A stretch of DNA of 63,645 nucleotides, filler included, from Conidiobolus incongruus B7586 (lineage: Eukaryota), in assembly GCA_000697335.1 (NCBI GenBank). It is 7 parts of 7 records of this genome, joined end to end, with 100 filler letters (N's around TTAATTAATTAA, not from the genome) between each part and the next. Parts side by side here need not be neighbours in the genome. Positions count along the whole stretch, not along the records: positions 1 to 19,582 come from JNEM01006524.1; 6 more parts are not named here. One strand, written 5' to 3'. The translations under genes and the position numbers were made by a program. Below the pieces are notes generated by a model, which had not been told where the DNA came from, did no database searches, and saw nothing but the letters and a program-made list of their open reading frames with translations. Shown one piece after another: positions 1-12,149 of the stretch (positions within the stretch are counted from its first letter, which is position 1; each line of letters starts with the position of its first letter).

Positions 1-96
1 TTCACAGAAACACCAATAACACCCCCATCAGAAGAAGACGCAAGAAAATGTTTTAGACAAGAAATTACTCAAAATCCGATAGATATCGTTACGTAA
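1..96 (+). CDS. Possible 3' end of a gene entering from the window edge (…FTETPITPPSEEDARKCFRQEITQNPIDIVT*)
   Basis: Open frame from base 1 to TAA at 94-96 with coding-like composition; product not recognisable. Confidence 0.3.
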   Translation, partial: FTETPITPPSEEDARKCFRQEITQNPIDIVT

Positions 97-221
97 TTAC
101 ACGAAAAACATAACACAAGATAATGAATTCCACATTCTCTAAGCAAATAATTAATTAGCAAATTTAAATTAGTAATATATCACACTTGTCTATCAGACGA
201 AGTGACGGATTTATTACGTCG

Positions 222-230
222 ATCCCATAA
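222..230 (+). promoter_or_regulatory. ATCCCATAA promoter motif (moaC)
   Basis: About 77 bp before ATG 307; recurs at similar spacing before other genes. Confidence 0.65.
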
Positions 231-306
231 ATTGTCGAATAAATCCTTTCCTCATAAAAAAATTCGAAAATTTCAAATTGATTATTATTTTCTATAAAAT
301 GTCAAA

Positions 307-864
307 ATGAATGCTTTAAAATTTTCCAGAGCTTTCAAACCCACGTTCAATGTTTTAAACCTACGTCAATTCACATCAATTCCTAACGATGGAAAATTAA
401 GTCATGTTGACAGTGATGGAAAAGCAAAAATGGTAGATACGAGTCACAAAATCCCAACCAAGAGGGAAGCTATTGCAGAAGGTATTATCAAATTAAATAA
501 AGCTGCTTACACCCAAGTGAAGGAGAACACCCACAAGAAGGGAGATGTTTTGACAGTTTCTAAAATCGCTGGAATTCAAGCAGCTAAAAGAACTAGTGAT
601 TTGATACCATTATGTCATCCTCTTCCTCTGAATTACGTGGATGTAGAATTCAACTATTTGGAAAGTGAGTCTTCTATTAGGGTTGTAGGTACTGTTAAAT
701 GTAATTATAATACGGGTGTCGAAATGGAAGCTTTAACCTTAGTGTCTACTACTTGTTTAACGATTTTCGATATGTGTAAAGCTGTAGACCCCTTGGCAGT
801 AATTCAATCCATCAAAGTGCTCAAAAAGACAGGTGGTAAATCGGATATCAATCTTCAAAAATAA
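307..864 (+). CDS. moaC: Cyclic pyranopterin monophosphate synthase MoaC (MOCS1B/Cnx3-type) with mitochondrial-like presequence
   Basis: Motifs LSHVD…AKMVD, KKGDVL, AGIQAAKRTSDLIPLCHPL, TGVEMEAL, TIFDMCKA, KTGGKS; basic, acid-free N-terminus; intronless. Confidence 0.95.
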   Translation: MNALKFSRAFKPTFNVLNLRQFTSIPNDGKLSHVDSDGKAKMVDTSHKIPTKREAIAEGIIKLNKAAYTQVKENTHKKGDVLTVSKIAGIQAAKRTSDLIPLCHPLPLNYVDVEFNYLESESSIRVVGTVKCNYNTGVEMEALTLVSTTCLTIFDMCKAVDPLAVIQSIKVLKKTGGKSDINLQK

Positions 865-886
865 ATCTAATGTTTAATCCAATTTA

Positions 887-2030
887 CTATTGCTCATTAT
901 TGTCAGATTCAAAACTAAATAATTTTTGAAATACTCAAATTTGAACAACAGGAAGCTTTTTCATTACTTCATCAGCATACACTTTGAGAAGACCTTTGTT
1001 CACCTTATACCAGAATGGGATGCCGAAAATGTCATAGAGCATTGATGAATGTTCATCGAAGGGACCTTGTTTCGCCTAGCAATCGTTAGCAAACATTATA
1101 ATAATAATTTGAGGATGATTTGCATGTCTAATAAAATCAATGCAGCCCATTAACATAAAATCATTCTTTAATCTTTCTACGAACTGTCGGTGTATTACCC
1201 ATCTCATCCACAAACATCGAATATCACAATATAATTATAAAATAAAATTATTATCTTTAAGTTGAGCACATCTTAAAATATATAGTATAAATTGAAAGTT
1301 ATCTAATTCTCAAACTCAGTGACTGCCTGCTAGTTCCAATCGAAAAGTTAATTGCAATCTTCTGAATAATTTCAAATATCCAAACTTTTATCAAATCAAT
1401 ATAAAATGGTCAATAAACTTTTCAAAGAAACTATCAAGAATAACCGATTCCAATATTTTATACTCACTCTGTTGAAAGAATTCCAAGTACATCAAATTAA
1501 ACAAAAAAAATATCAAAATGATTAACTCTTGTTTGTTCCGTAATCAATTCTTGTAAAATTGCTAAATATATGAATTAAATATGGTGATGATTCAACTTCA
1601 GAAGATTTCGAATTGTTTGGTAATTAATTGAGAACGAGTTCAGGTACTTCCTAAAATTGTTTACATTTAATGAGTAAATATGTATTTGAAATAGTCTACT
1701 TCTTCCATAGCTTTGAACCAATCACTGTAACTAGTATTGTCAAATCGATTGGAAAATTCATTGATAGGAAATTGTTCAATTAAACTGTCTAAATAATCCA
1801 AAATATTGAACATTTTTATAACATTTGCATATTTATAAACCAATTTTAACAAAGCTCCAGCATAAATTACTTGTGATTTTTCTAGTTTCAATATCAAAGA
1901 TAGTTAAATTAGTATAATTTTCGTTCAATAGTTTTAAAAATTCTAGGATTTAGTTATAACCAGAAGATTTATAAAATTGGATCATATTACTTTCAGTTTT
2001 AATCTTTCTTTCGGGTGTTGTAAATTACAT
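887..2030 (-). pseudogene. Decayed PP2A phosphotyrosyl phosphatase activator (PTPA/Rrd1-Rrd2 family) copy
   Basis: Minus strand reads M*FTTPERKIKT…YN*ILEFL, SNRFDN…DWF, FSNFTRIDYGTNKEL, LELAGSH*V*ELDNFQF, KQGPFDEHSSMLYDI…WYKVNKGLLKVY. These are PTPA motifs with several in-frame stops and intron remnants. Confidence 0.88.
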
Positions 2031-4019
2031 TGTAAATTTAATATAAATTTTAATATAGGTTGTAATGATAATTGTGACAGGATAGATTTTGTTGTTTAAA
2101 CTCTGTTTGATTAATATAAAATTGTATGGATTGATCTAGCTTTAATCATTTTTATGTTCATTAAAATTTAACAATTGTATAAGTTTAAAAAACTGACAAT
2201 ATTATCTTAATAAATAATAAAAATAATAGAATAGTTTAAACTTCATTTCAATCATAGTTTACAAAATTAGTATTAATATCGATTTCTGAATATAGTAAAT
2301 TAAAAAGATTATATAAATTATTTAAACTAAAATATCCTTACACTGAGTTTTTGGATATTTATCAACCAGTTGGGGCCATTACACTAAAAACAGATCACAA
2401 ACGGGGTAAATAAACTTACCAGACAGTGATAGAGCATTCACCTATGCAATAAATTCGACATAGATCAATTCTGTCATAGTTGAACCAAGGATCTAAATCA
2501 TATAGTCAATAAACGAAAATATATCCATTAAATATATATATATATATTATATTGAATAGCTTACACAGCTAAAATCAACTAACACTCGTACTGAGGCCGT
2601 TAATAATCATTCAAAACCTATCAATCTCAATCAAAAGCATCATTCATTAATGAATACTTCCAACTTCTGATTTTTCATTGAATAAATAATTCGCTGTAAA
2701 TAATATGTGTTTTTAGGACTGAAAAAGGTACAGTTAACCAAGATTGACCAACTTGACGACTTCTGGAAATAATGCGAATTTTATACTATAATTATTAATA
2801 CTAAAAAGTAAAATTAATGTATGTTGTTGCAATTTACTTGTTTTAATTGACTACTAAATTGCTCCCGTCCTAATTGCTTGACTTTATTTTCACTTGAAAT
2901 GACTCCAGAATTCGCGAAATACAGCCTCTTGTGGAAGGCTGAAATATCAAGGCTTTTTAACAATTTAGTCATTTCTATAGAATTGTCGTCGAAAACTACA
3001 AAATAATGAATATTGATATTTGGTGATATTTACCTAATCTCAATATTCAAATACTCAATTGTTTCTTAGATCTTAGTATCACTATCCGTAATCTTAGTAG
3101 CCAAAGTATAATAAATGTTAGTAGTATTAATATTCAACAGGTAATCATTTTTAAATTATGAATAAATCTTAGTCAAAAGCTTATTTCGCAATATGTATAT
3201 ACACGGATTTTATCAAAATTATTATGGGTCAAACTCTAAGTTATAAATTAATTGAATTTTTTAGTTTGGAATATTGGTTGATATTGAAAATGATTTATAT
3301 TGATTTCACAACATGAATTTTATTATAAGACCTGGATATAGTGTTAATATTCTGAGTAAATAGCATTCAAAAATTGCATCTAGAAACTAAATTAATGCTT
3401 GTTTGGTTAATGTGAATTCATCCAATATATCATTAATTAGAAGAGGGGGAATTCAGAATCAATTCAACAAATTCATTTATACATATTTCAGTGGTTTCAT
3501 CATTCATTTAGCATGTATCATTATTACGTTGATTCAAAATCACTTTTGTATTATTAGTTAAAACAATTCTCTCAATTATCATTAGTGTGATCATTGACTA
3601 GTTCATTCAATACATTTGATGACTTGAATCATGATGTATGAGTAACAAATTGTGATATGGTTAATGCAATACAAGAAACTTGAGACCCAAACAATTAACT
3701 CAAGTGAGAATCCATACAAAATTAATAATTTCAACGATACGGAGTAATCAAACAAAAAATTTCCTTAATTACATATTGAATGAACGGAAGTGAGTTGGAT
3801 AGGAGGGATAATCAATCCAGAGCAATTTCCCCCTCCTGAATGAAAGATATCCCATCACTTCAATATCAAACACCAATAATCGTTATGATACTAATGTCTT
3901 CCCAATTCAATTGAAAATATTCCAATTCTGTACATTCTCCCTGACTTTATTTTTGTTTTTCACTCCCACTCGTTCAATATTCTTAGTGTTCTTTGGTTTT
4001 TATTCAAGTATTCAAGTTA

Positions 4020-5334
4020 ATGTCTTCTCCAGCAACTCAGCCCCATAGAATTCGTCTTAGACTGACTTTTGGGTCACCTACCACTATGAGATTGAACCGT
4101 TCTGAAGGTCTTGCGAACCGGTCAATGAATTTGCATTATGTAAATTCGCAACCTACTCCATCTAGTGCTACAAGTAATGCAAGTCATAGGAACTTACTCA
4201 ACTCAGCTAACGAAAGAAACTCCGAAGTTGGGTCGAGCTCAAACTCGGAACAGGAAGCATCGCCAACACCACTTTCAAATTCTTTGTCTAATGAAGGATC
4301 CGAAGATTCTAACCAGACTGCTAATTCCATCACTCTCAATGAGGCACATGAACCGAATAGTATTCCTACTATAACTCAAAGGCGTCGACTACTAAAACTT
4401 CCACGAAAAACCATAACTCAAACTGAGTCAGTATCACCTTCTAATTATTCACAAACTACTATATCCCAAATTACCTTAAAGTCAATCCCAATTCTGAGAA
4501 AGCTTTACATACCCAAAAGAAAATTCAGAGGTACCAAACGAAGTATTGTGAAAATCGAAAATTCTGAAAATATGTCGGATAGCCATATACCTATACCTAC
4601 TAGGGGTCTACAGCTCAAGACGCATCCAGTTTTTGGGTAAGTGATAATTTTTTTGAATTAATTTGTAATACTAATATACCTATTATAGGATTAGAGGGTC
4701 TCTAGCATTTAAGAATAAACATTCTAAAAAATGTAAGTTATTAATTATAAATCAATCAATACATACACTAACTTATAAAATCCAGCACGACGCAAGGGAC
4801 TCCAACCCTTAGTAAAACGAGTATTGCTAAAGAATGCGAATATGGCAGCATTTGAACGAATCAAGCTCTTGAAAGATGCCAAACCGCGGGGATGGAAATT
4901 AGAGAAAATTGACAAGTTATCTGACGAAAGTTCTGATACCTTTGTGAGAGCATGGAGACCAAGTAAGTAGAATCTATCAGTATAAACCCTTCAATATACT
5001 AATTCAATTGATAGCATCAAATAGAAAAATTCGACCGATCATTCCACCTTCTGCGATTCCAATCAGCAAAGCTCCTAAGATGCCAACACGCACAGTACAA
5101 CCCCACACAATACCACCACCTTCCAATGTTAGCAAAACTATTACCGCGAACCGTGGTGCAATTCCCGTCCTGTCGTTCATAGACGAGAATGGCAACAAAC
5201 GATTGCAATGTCCAGGTAAAGATTGTCCCAAACATTTTGCAGATCGGTGCGGTCTTAACCGTCATAAGAAAAAGTATCATCCAGAGTTGGAAGATGCGGG
5301 ATTGTCCCAATTATCCAAATCTAACCATCACTAG
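4020..5334 (+). CDS. C2H2 zinc-finger protein, paralogue A (4 exons: 4020-4636, 4689-4732, 4786-4962, 5015-5334)
   Basis: GT-AG splicing joins the ORFs in frame; C-terminal finger CPGKDCPKHFADRCGLNRHKKKYH; same intron positions as paralogue B. Confidence 0.88.
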
Positions 5335-5896
5335 GTCTATGTATAAATATAAAATGATGTCAAAATTGCTTGTTTTAATTTAATAGGATTAGCTCAACTA
5401 TCCAATTAGCTCTATTTTCATTACCATTGAAACGCTAAACTATATAATTTCAAATTTTCAATCCAATCCAATTATTTTTATAAACAATGAAGTATCTTAG
5501 AATCAATTCAATTGTTAATTCAACACATATTTAATGCTAAGTCATTAATTTTTAAATCACTTATCAATAATAAAAATAAAAATTAAAAAATATTTTGAGA
5601 ATAGATTTTAATATATTTGCCAAACCAATATTTAACCATGTTCATTGATCTTTTAAACTTTGGTGGTGATAATTTAATGAGGTGATTAAGAGTTGGAAAT
5701 GTATTAAAGCCCAAGTCGGGAGTTGATCAATCATATTGCAATTCTGAACAATGTAGGTCCTATTTGAGGTCGTTGGCATGAGCAATATTTTCCAATTCGT
5801 TTTTGTGTTTGCCACCAGGGATCTTAATAAAAACTATTTGTAATTGCAAGGAGTTAAAGTCTAAAAGTAATATAAATAATTGAAATAACTCTAGTC

Positions 5897-7264
5897 TTAT
5901 GATGAGAGTTGAATGGGTGGTAATTGAGCTCCGAGTGGTCCAATCTCGGGATGATGACGATTCTTGTGGCGATTGAGACCACAGCGGTCTGCAAAGTGCT
6001 TGGGACAGTCTTTACCAGGGCATTGGAGTCGTTTGTTGCCATTCTCGTCGATAAATGTGACTACTGGAATCATACCTTTGTCGTTTGTCGTGGGTTTGGG
6101 TATTGTTAGAGCCTTGGGTGCAGGAATGGTGTGAGGTTGAACAGGTTTTGAAATATTTGTCTTACGATGGATTGCCGACACTGGTGGTTGAATGAATGAT
6201 GATTGGATCTTGCGATTGGATGCTAGAATTTGGTTAGTTTCAGGAATTACCAATTCGTTAGGTTTAAACTTACTAGGTCGCCAAACGTAGGCTACATTGC
6301 CTTGAAAGTTGCTGTCCTGAGGAGTGATCGATTCCAACTTCCACTTTCTGGGTTTCAAGTCTTTTTGTGCCATAATTCTGTGTAATGCCATCATATTCGC
6401 ATTTTTAACTAGTACCCTTTTGAAAAGTGGCTGAGGACCTTTCCTACGACCTATACAAAATGTTGATTAGTAATTGAAAATCATTTCAAAATTCTTAAAA
6501 TGTTAATATTGCAAATAAACGACCATAGTTTTGGATATAATAATTTGGACTTACTCTTTTTATGATATTTAGCTTTCCAAGCCATTGAACCTCGAATACT
6601 AAGTTAAAACAGTTAGAATAATAAAAATAAATAGCCAAAATTTATCAACTTACCCAAATACTGGCTGAGATTTGATCTCGATCTTGCGAGTTGGAATATG
6701 CTCTTGATCAATTGTATTTTGAGCGCTGGTAGGTTTGAGTACACTTCGTTTAGTGCCACGAAGTTTGCGCTTAGGGGGATACAACTTCTTAGCCAGCTGA
6801 ATTTGCGTAGGGGTAGGTGTTGTGGTGGTTGACACAGTTGCTTGTGATACTGGTGATGTCGAATCGGAAGAAAATGTAACAAATTTTTTGCGAGCTGCTT
6901 TAAGAAGTCGGGGTCGGTATGGAACATGTTGAGTAGCTGTAAATTGATCAGCGGAGTCATCATTGGAAGGTTCAGGTAATTCGGTTGGAGTAGTGGCTTC
7001 ATCAGGTGAACTAGAGAGGGGTGTAGGAGAAGTAATTGGGTGTTGAAATTCTTGCTCATGTGCAGAAGGACTAGAGTCGACAGAGGGATTGAGAAGATTA
7101 GTGAGCTTGGCAGGTGATATTATGGTTTTAGTAGGTTGAGCTGTATTGAGGTAGTCTGTATCAGGTGAGCGCTTAAGGGAAGTTGGTACGGTGGCGTGAG
7201 CTGGAGGGTTGGTCGTATTGAGACGAAGCTTCACAGGAGATTGAGTGTAAGAAGGAGATGACAT
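5897..7264 (-). CDS. C2H2 zinc-finger protein, paralogue B (4 exons), convergent with paralogue A
   Basis: Finger CPGKDCPKHFADRCGLNRHKNRHH; shared blocks KKLYPPKRKLRGTKRS, PVFGIRGS, RRKGPQPLFKRVLVKNANM; matching introns. Confidence 0.88.
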
Positions 7265-9015
7265 AAAATAAATAAAAATAAAGCGTAAAATTAAAGGTAG
7301 AGAATAGGAAGAAGAGAGTTAAGAAATAAACGAAGAAAAGAAGTGGAGGCTAAGATGAAGCTGAATGAGAATTTAGCATAATTGAAAGCGCACAATATAT
7401 GGATTCCAATTGGATTGGATTAGTTTGTGATAAGTTGGCAATTGAACGCTTGAGGGGGGAAATAATTGCATCAACTGTAACCCAATGATATGATGAGACA
7501 GGATGGGAGGATAAAAAAAGATCAATTCGCAATTGCCCACAATTCTAAGCCTGTATGAGGTGGGCTAATTGCGGTGGGTTCATTCCAAGCATGCAATATA
7601 TCCAGGCATCAGTATCATATTCAAGCTTAAAACCCTTTCTAACCCTATTCTTTGACCCATCTCTCAAATATACAACATATTTAATCACAGTACAAAGGTA
7701 CTCAATACATAATTTTATTCAATAAGACCTTATCCATCGCTGAATATTTCATAATTACCATGAATCAACCAGTTCGGAAATATATCAAACTTATTAAAAA
7801 TTCACAACTCCTCATCATTCAACTTTCAATTCCATTTCTATTAATCAATTTAAATACAAATAAAAATAAAAGAGTAAAATATGAAAAAAACACAATTCAT
7901 AAACTTATATATTACAAAAATGTTATATTACTATTCAATATCTCAACTTGCGTTTTTGCATTTCAAAAATCTCATTTTCCTAAAGTTTTCGAACCTTACA
8001 ATATTATTTTCAAAAATTTTTTACTTTAAAAATCATTAAGTTTGCGTTTTACTATATTGGGAAATTTACAGTATTGATAACACTTTCCTAATTTTATTCA
8101 GGCTAAATCTCTAATTGCATAAATTTGTTAGAATTGTTGAGATTGAATTAAAATGGCAAGTTGGGAGTTTTGTTAGATAATTGGAAGTGATTAGTGATCC
8201 ATTTAAAAGTATAATATAATTTGTACTGTGTTTAACGGTTATTAAATTAACTATTATTAAAGATAAGATGAATTTAATGAATATCTAATAATTATTAGCT
8301 GATTCACTTTGATCACAAGTTTTGAATAGTTGAAATAACGTAGTAACAAAGCATAAAATAACTATGCAAATAATTAGATATGAAATAAAGATATATACTC
8401 TAGCATTTTCATTTCAACGAATATTATCAATATAAAATATTTAACTATATTGAAAATATTTTGATAAAAATAATAATAAATTATTTTTGTTTTAAATTTT
8501 GATAACTTATTAAATTTAATCAATATTGGTAATTATAAGTTATGATTAAAGTTGGTATGACAAATAATTTGAAACATTTTTGAATTCTGAAATAAAATTA
8601 AATAACAAAATATTTTTTAAACATGATTATTTACAATATATGTGATTCTGTGATTATGTTAGATATTTCATTAATTTTTTATTAAAGTATTATAAATAAA
8701 ATACTGCTGTTTAAATATTCAAAGTAATAAAATAAGCAATAAATATTCCTAAAAATTCCAAATAAATCCTTTGTTATATATAAATTAAAATTCCCTTCCT
8801 AAAATTAAAAGATAAATAATTGTGGCAAAATATCAATAACATGTCAAATAATACCAAATTTAAAAAACCAATGATTAAATCAAAATTTGTATCAAAATGA
8901 ATCGCTTGCCAAATTTCATAGTGAAACTGAAATAGATATTTAAATGCAATGGTATCAATATTCATATAATCAACTATGTTGATTATATTTAAAACATACA
9001 TTTAATAGTATCTAT

Positions 9016-9801
9016 ATGTTAAAATATAAATTATTCATTTTGTCTTTATTTTTTACGGGTCAATTGTCGAATCCTGTTGAGGCAAATGCTCCTCTAGGAT
9101 TTACTCAAAAACCTAAAGGTAATACAAGATACTCATTGAAAATAGAATTTGGCTTATAATATATTCAACAAATATTAGATTCCAAGGCAAAACTACTATT
9201 TGGTAAACCAATGACTGTAATGAGTACTACCAAAGAGAGCAAAACTGAAACCAATTCGAATTCAAGTTCTGGAACGGATGAAAAATACGAAAAGATGACG
9301 GATATACCAGAATTGAAATTTGATGTTAATGAAATGGTTTGTCTATTAAACGTTGAAAGAAAGCTAGTGGGGGCGCCTGGTCTGACCATCAGTAAGCCAC
9401 TATCCAAATTAGCACTCGCTCACTCTCAGGACCAGGCATTCCACAAGAACATGTCACATATCAGTTCCAACGGTAACACCTTAAAGGATCGTATACAGGG
9501 CATCAATTACGCAGGACTCGCATTCGGTGAAAATGTAGCTTGGAATCAGGAAACTGTGGAGGAAGTAGTCCGAGCTTGGGTTAACTCACCAGGTAATATG
9601 TATTCAACTATACTCTTTTAATCTTGTTAACCAATCTCTATAGGACATTATGCAAACATCATCAATCCTAAATTTTGTGAAATAGGAGCGAGTAACGCTA
9701 ATAAATATTGGACCCAAGTATTTGGAGCACTCTGCTCCAAAGATAACGTCGTACCAAACTGCAAAGGTTACGAAAATAGGCAGAGCTTAAAGAACAAATA
9801 A
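9016..9801 (+). CDS. Secreted CAP/SCP-domain protein, YkwD-like subtype (exons 9016-9118, 9179-9592, 9644-9801)
   Basis: Signal peptide MLKYKLFILSLFFTG…; LLNVER, AHSQDQA…MSH, GENVA, WVNSPGHYANI, YWTQVFG after splicing. Confidence 0.9.
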
Positions 9802-9881
9802 ATTTGAATTTTTCATTTTATTATTTAAAATTAACTTTAAACTATTAACTTTATATAAAAATTTAATGTTAATTTCCAAAA

Positions 9882-9890
9882 ATCCCATAA
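9882..9890 (+). promoter_or_regulatory. ATCCCATAA promoter motif (CDK10-like)
   Basis: About 84 bp before ATG 9974. Confidence 0.65.
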
Positions 9891-9973
9891 AATTTAAATA
9901 CACATTTTAAAAATTAAATTTAGGTGAACCTTTCGCCCTAGCCACAAAATTGAATTTAACATTTATTAAAATA

Positions 9974-11711
9974 ATGACATCCAATAATAATAAACCCACA
10001 CTATTAAGACTAAATAGCAAGGATCAGCCATCAGCAACTCATCTTGTGACATTTTCTGGAAAGACTTTAAAACGAAGTTTGGAGCGATACTATCCAATTA
10101 TCGGTACATCTCACTACAAAGACCAATTTCAATTCCTCGAAAAAATTGGCCAAGGTACCTACGGTATTGTCTCGTAAGTCTTCTTTAACCATTATCCTAT
10201 ATAGTTAATTAATCTTCAAATTATCTCTAGACGCTATCGCAATCTCAAAACCAATCAAATCCGAGCGGTGAAAAAAGTTAAAACTGAGGAAGACAACAAG
10301 GACGGATTACCTATCTCGAGTCTGAGGGAAATCACCATATTAAAAAATTTAAATCACCCCAATATAGTCAAGTTGACAGAGATTATGGTGGGTAAAAGGC
10401 TCGATGATGTGAATTTGGTAATGGAATTTTGTGATCAGGTAAGTATTATAATATTGAAAATATATAAAATAGTTTGTTAAATTCATATGATTAGGATTTA
10501 GCAGTAATTTTAGATCATTCGGAAACCAAATTTAGTTTGGAAACTAGTAATTATTTATATTCTAACATTATTTGAGTTTTTGTTAACTATTGTAATTAGC
10601 AAAAGGATTATTTTTACAATTTTTAAGGGGATTAAAATATTGCCATCATAGACAAATTATTCATCGGTAAGTAGTATTTAAAACAATGAAGGTTGTGAGC
10701 TGATGGTGGATGTAGAGATTTGAAATTGTCCAATTTATTATTGACTCATGATGGTATACTGAAAATTGGTAAATAATAAAATTTTGATAATATATTGAAT
10801 GATAGATTAAATAAATTGTAGCTGATTGGGGTATGGGCAGACGCTACCATCCAATCGATCAAAATGGAAATTTGACGCCGAGAATTTGTACATTATGGTA
10901 TAGAGCTCCAGAATTAATGTTCAGTGATCAACCCAACTATGGTGCGGCTGTCGATATGTGGTAAGTTTTGTTCTTTCTAATTTATTGGATTCCCTCTCAT
11001 TCATTCACTTATTTAGGTCTGCTGGATGTATTCTTGCAGAATTCCTGCTTAAAAGACCCTTGTTTCCTGGTAGGACAGATGTCGACCAAGTGAATCTCAT
11101 GGTCAAGTTGTTGGGATCTCCTCATGAAGGTATTTGGAGTGATTTCCATACATACAAATATCATGATGCTTTCCCCACTATTTACAATGAGTAATACATT
11201 AATTTAACTGTGAACTTTGAATATTAATTTGATTACATTTAGATATAATACACTGGACGAATTATTCCCAGAAGCTTCTGAAGCGACCCTCCATCTTCTC
11301 TATGGACTTCTCACCTACGATCCCAAATTAAGAATGACGGTAGAAGAAGCATTTTATCATCCCTACTTTGTTGAAGATCCCCAACGTAATAATTATTTCC
11401 TTAATTTTATTTAAATTGACTTAATAACTTTTATTTAGCACTTCAACCCAATCAACTCCCAAAATTCCCTGACTATCGCAAGAAGCTAGGCACCATTCAC
11501 CTGTAAGCTACACTTATGTAACCCATTTCAATATATTAATTTGGTATTTTATAGACATCGCAGTAAACTCTATTGTGCACCTTTAGAACCTGCAAATAAC
11601 CCTCAATCTCAGGATGAAAAGGACCCCAATGCTAATAATAACAACAATGCTGCAGCTGGTCAACCTGCTGAGGAAGCTAACAATCTGCCACCAGTAGCAC
11701 CAAATCCTTAA
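9974..11711 (+). CDS. Cyclin-dependent kinase, CDK10 (PISSLRE)-like, multi-exon
   Basis: [69 protein letters not shown]; about 11 exons. Confidence 0.9.
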
Positions 11712-12149
11712 TGATAATGCTAACTGTTAAATATATTGTTTTAATCTTCAACTTCATTTGGCTTATTGGTTAATTTTATAAATTATATAAATAATACATC
11801 ACTCATTGTGCATGCTAATTGATTACACTATGTAACAGCAAAAAATCATTTCAACCCAAACTAAATTTTTATGAACAATTTAATGTTTGCTAGTTCTATA
11901 ATATTGTTGAAAAAAATTTAGCTTTAGTTTTCAAAATGTTTGGAAAATATATTACAGTAATGCTTAATTTGATGAAAATTACATAATTAAAACAAAATTA
12001 TTTGTATATTTTAATTAATTTAAATCAATACTGTATATAAATATATATTTTGGGATTTATTTACTAATAATCACTGATCAATATATAATTGAATATAACT
12101 TATAAACTGATCACACTAAACACTAATAGAAAAATCAATTAAATAATCA

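Noticed and set aside
887..2030. Possible stop-codon reassignment (TAA/TAG read as Gln) suggested by in-frame stops
   Set aside because: Intact genes end in TAA, TAG or TGA and have no internal stops; the interrupted loci also show missense decay and frameshifts.
3222..3230. TTATGGGTC, a near match to the promoter motif
   Set aside because: Imperfect and not positioned before any recognised gene start.
5004..6109. Short overlapping ORFs antisense or out of frame to the zinc-finger exons
   Set aside because: Shadows of real coding exons; the same applies to 9165-9407, 23793-24017, 46472-46684, 47035-47217, 49123-49450 and 54272-54517.
7760..9001. ORFs 7760-8029 and 8774-9001
   Set aside because: Low-complexity I/N/K/F-rich translations of AT-rich intergenic DNA with no motifs.
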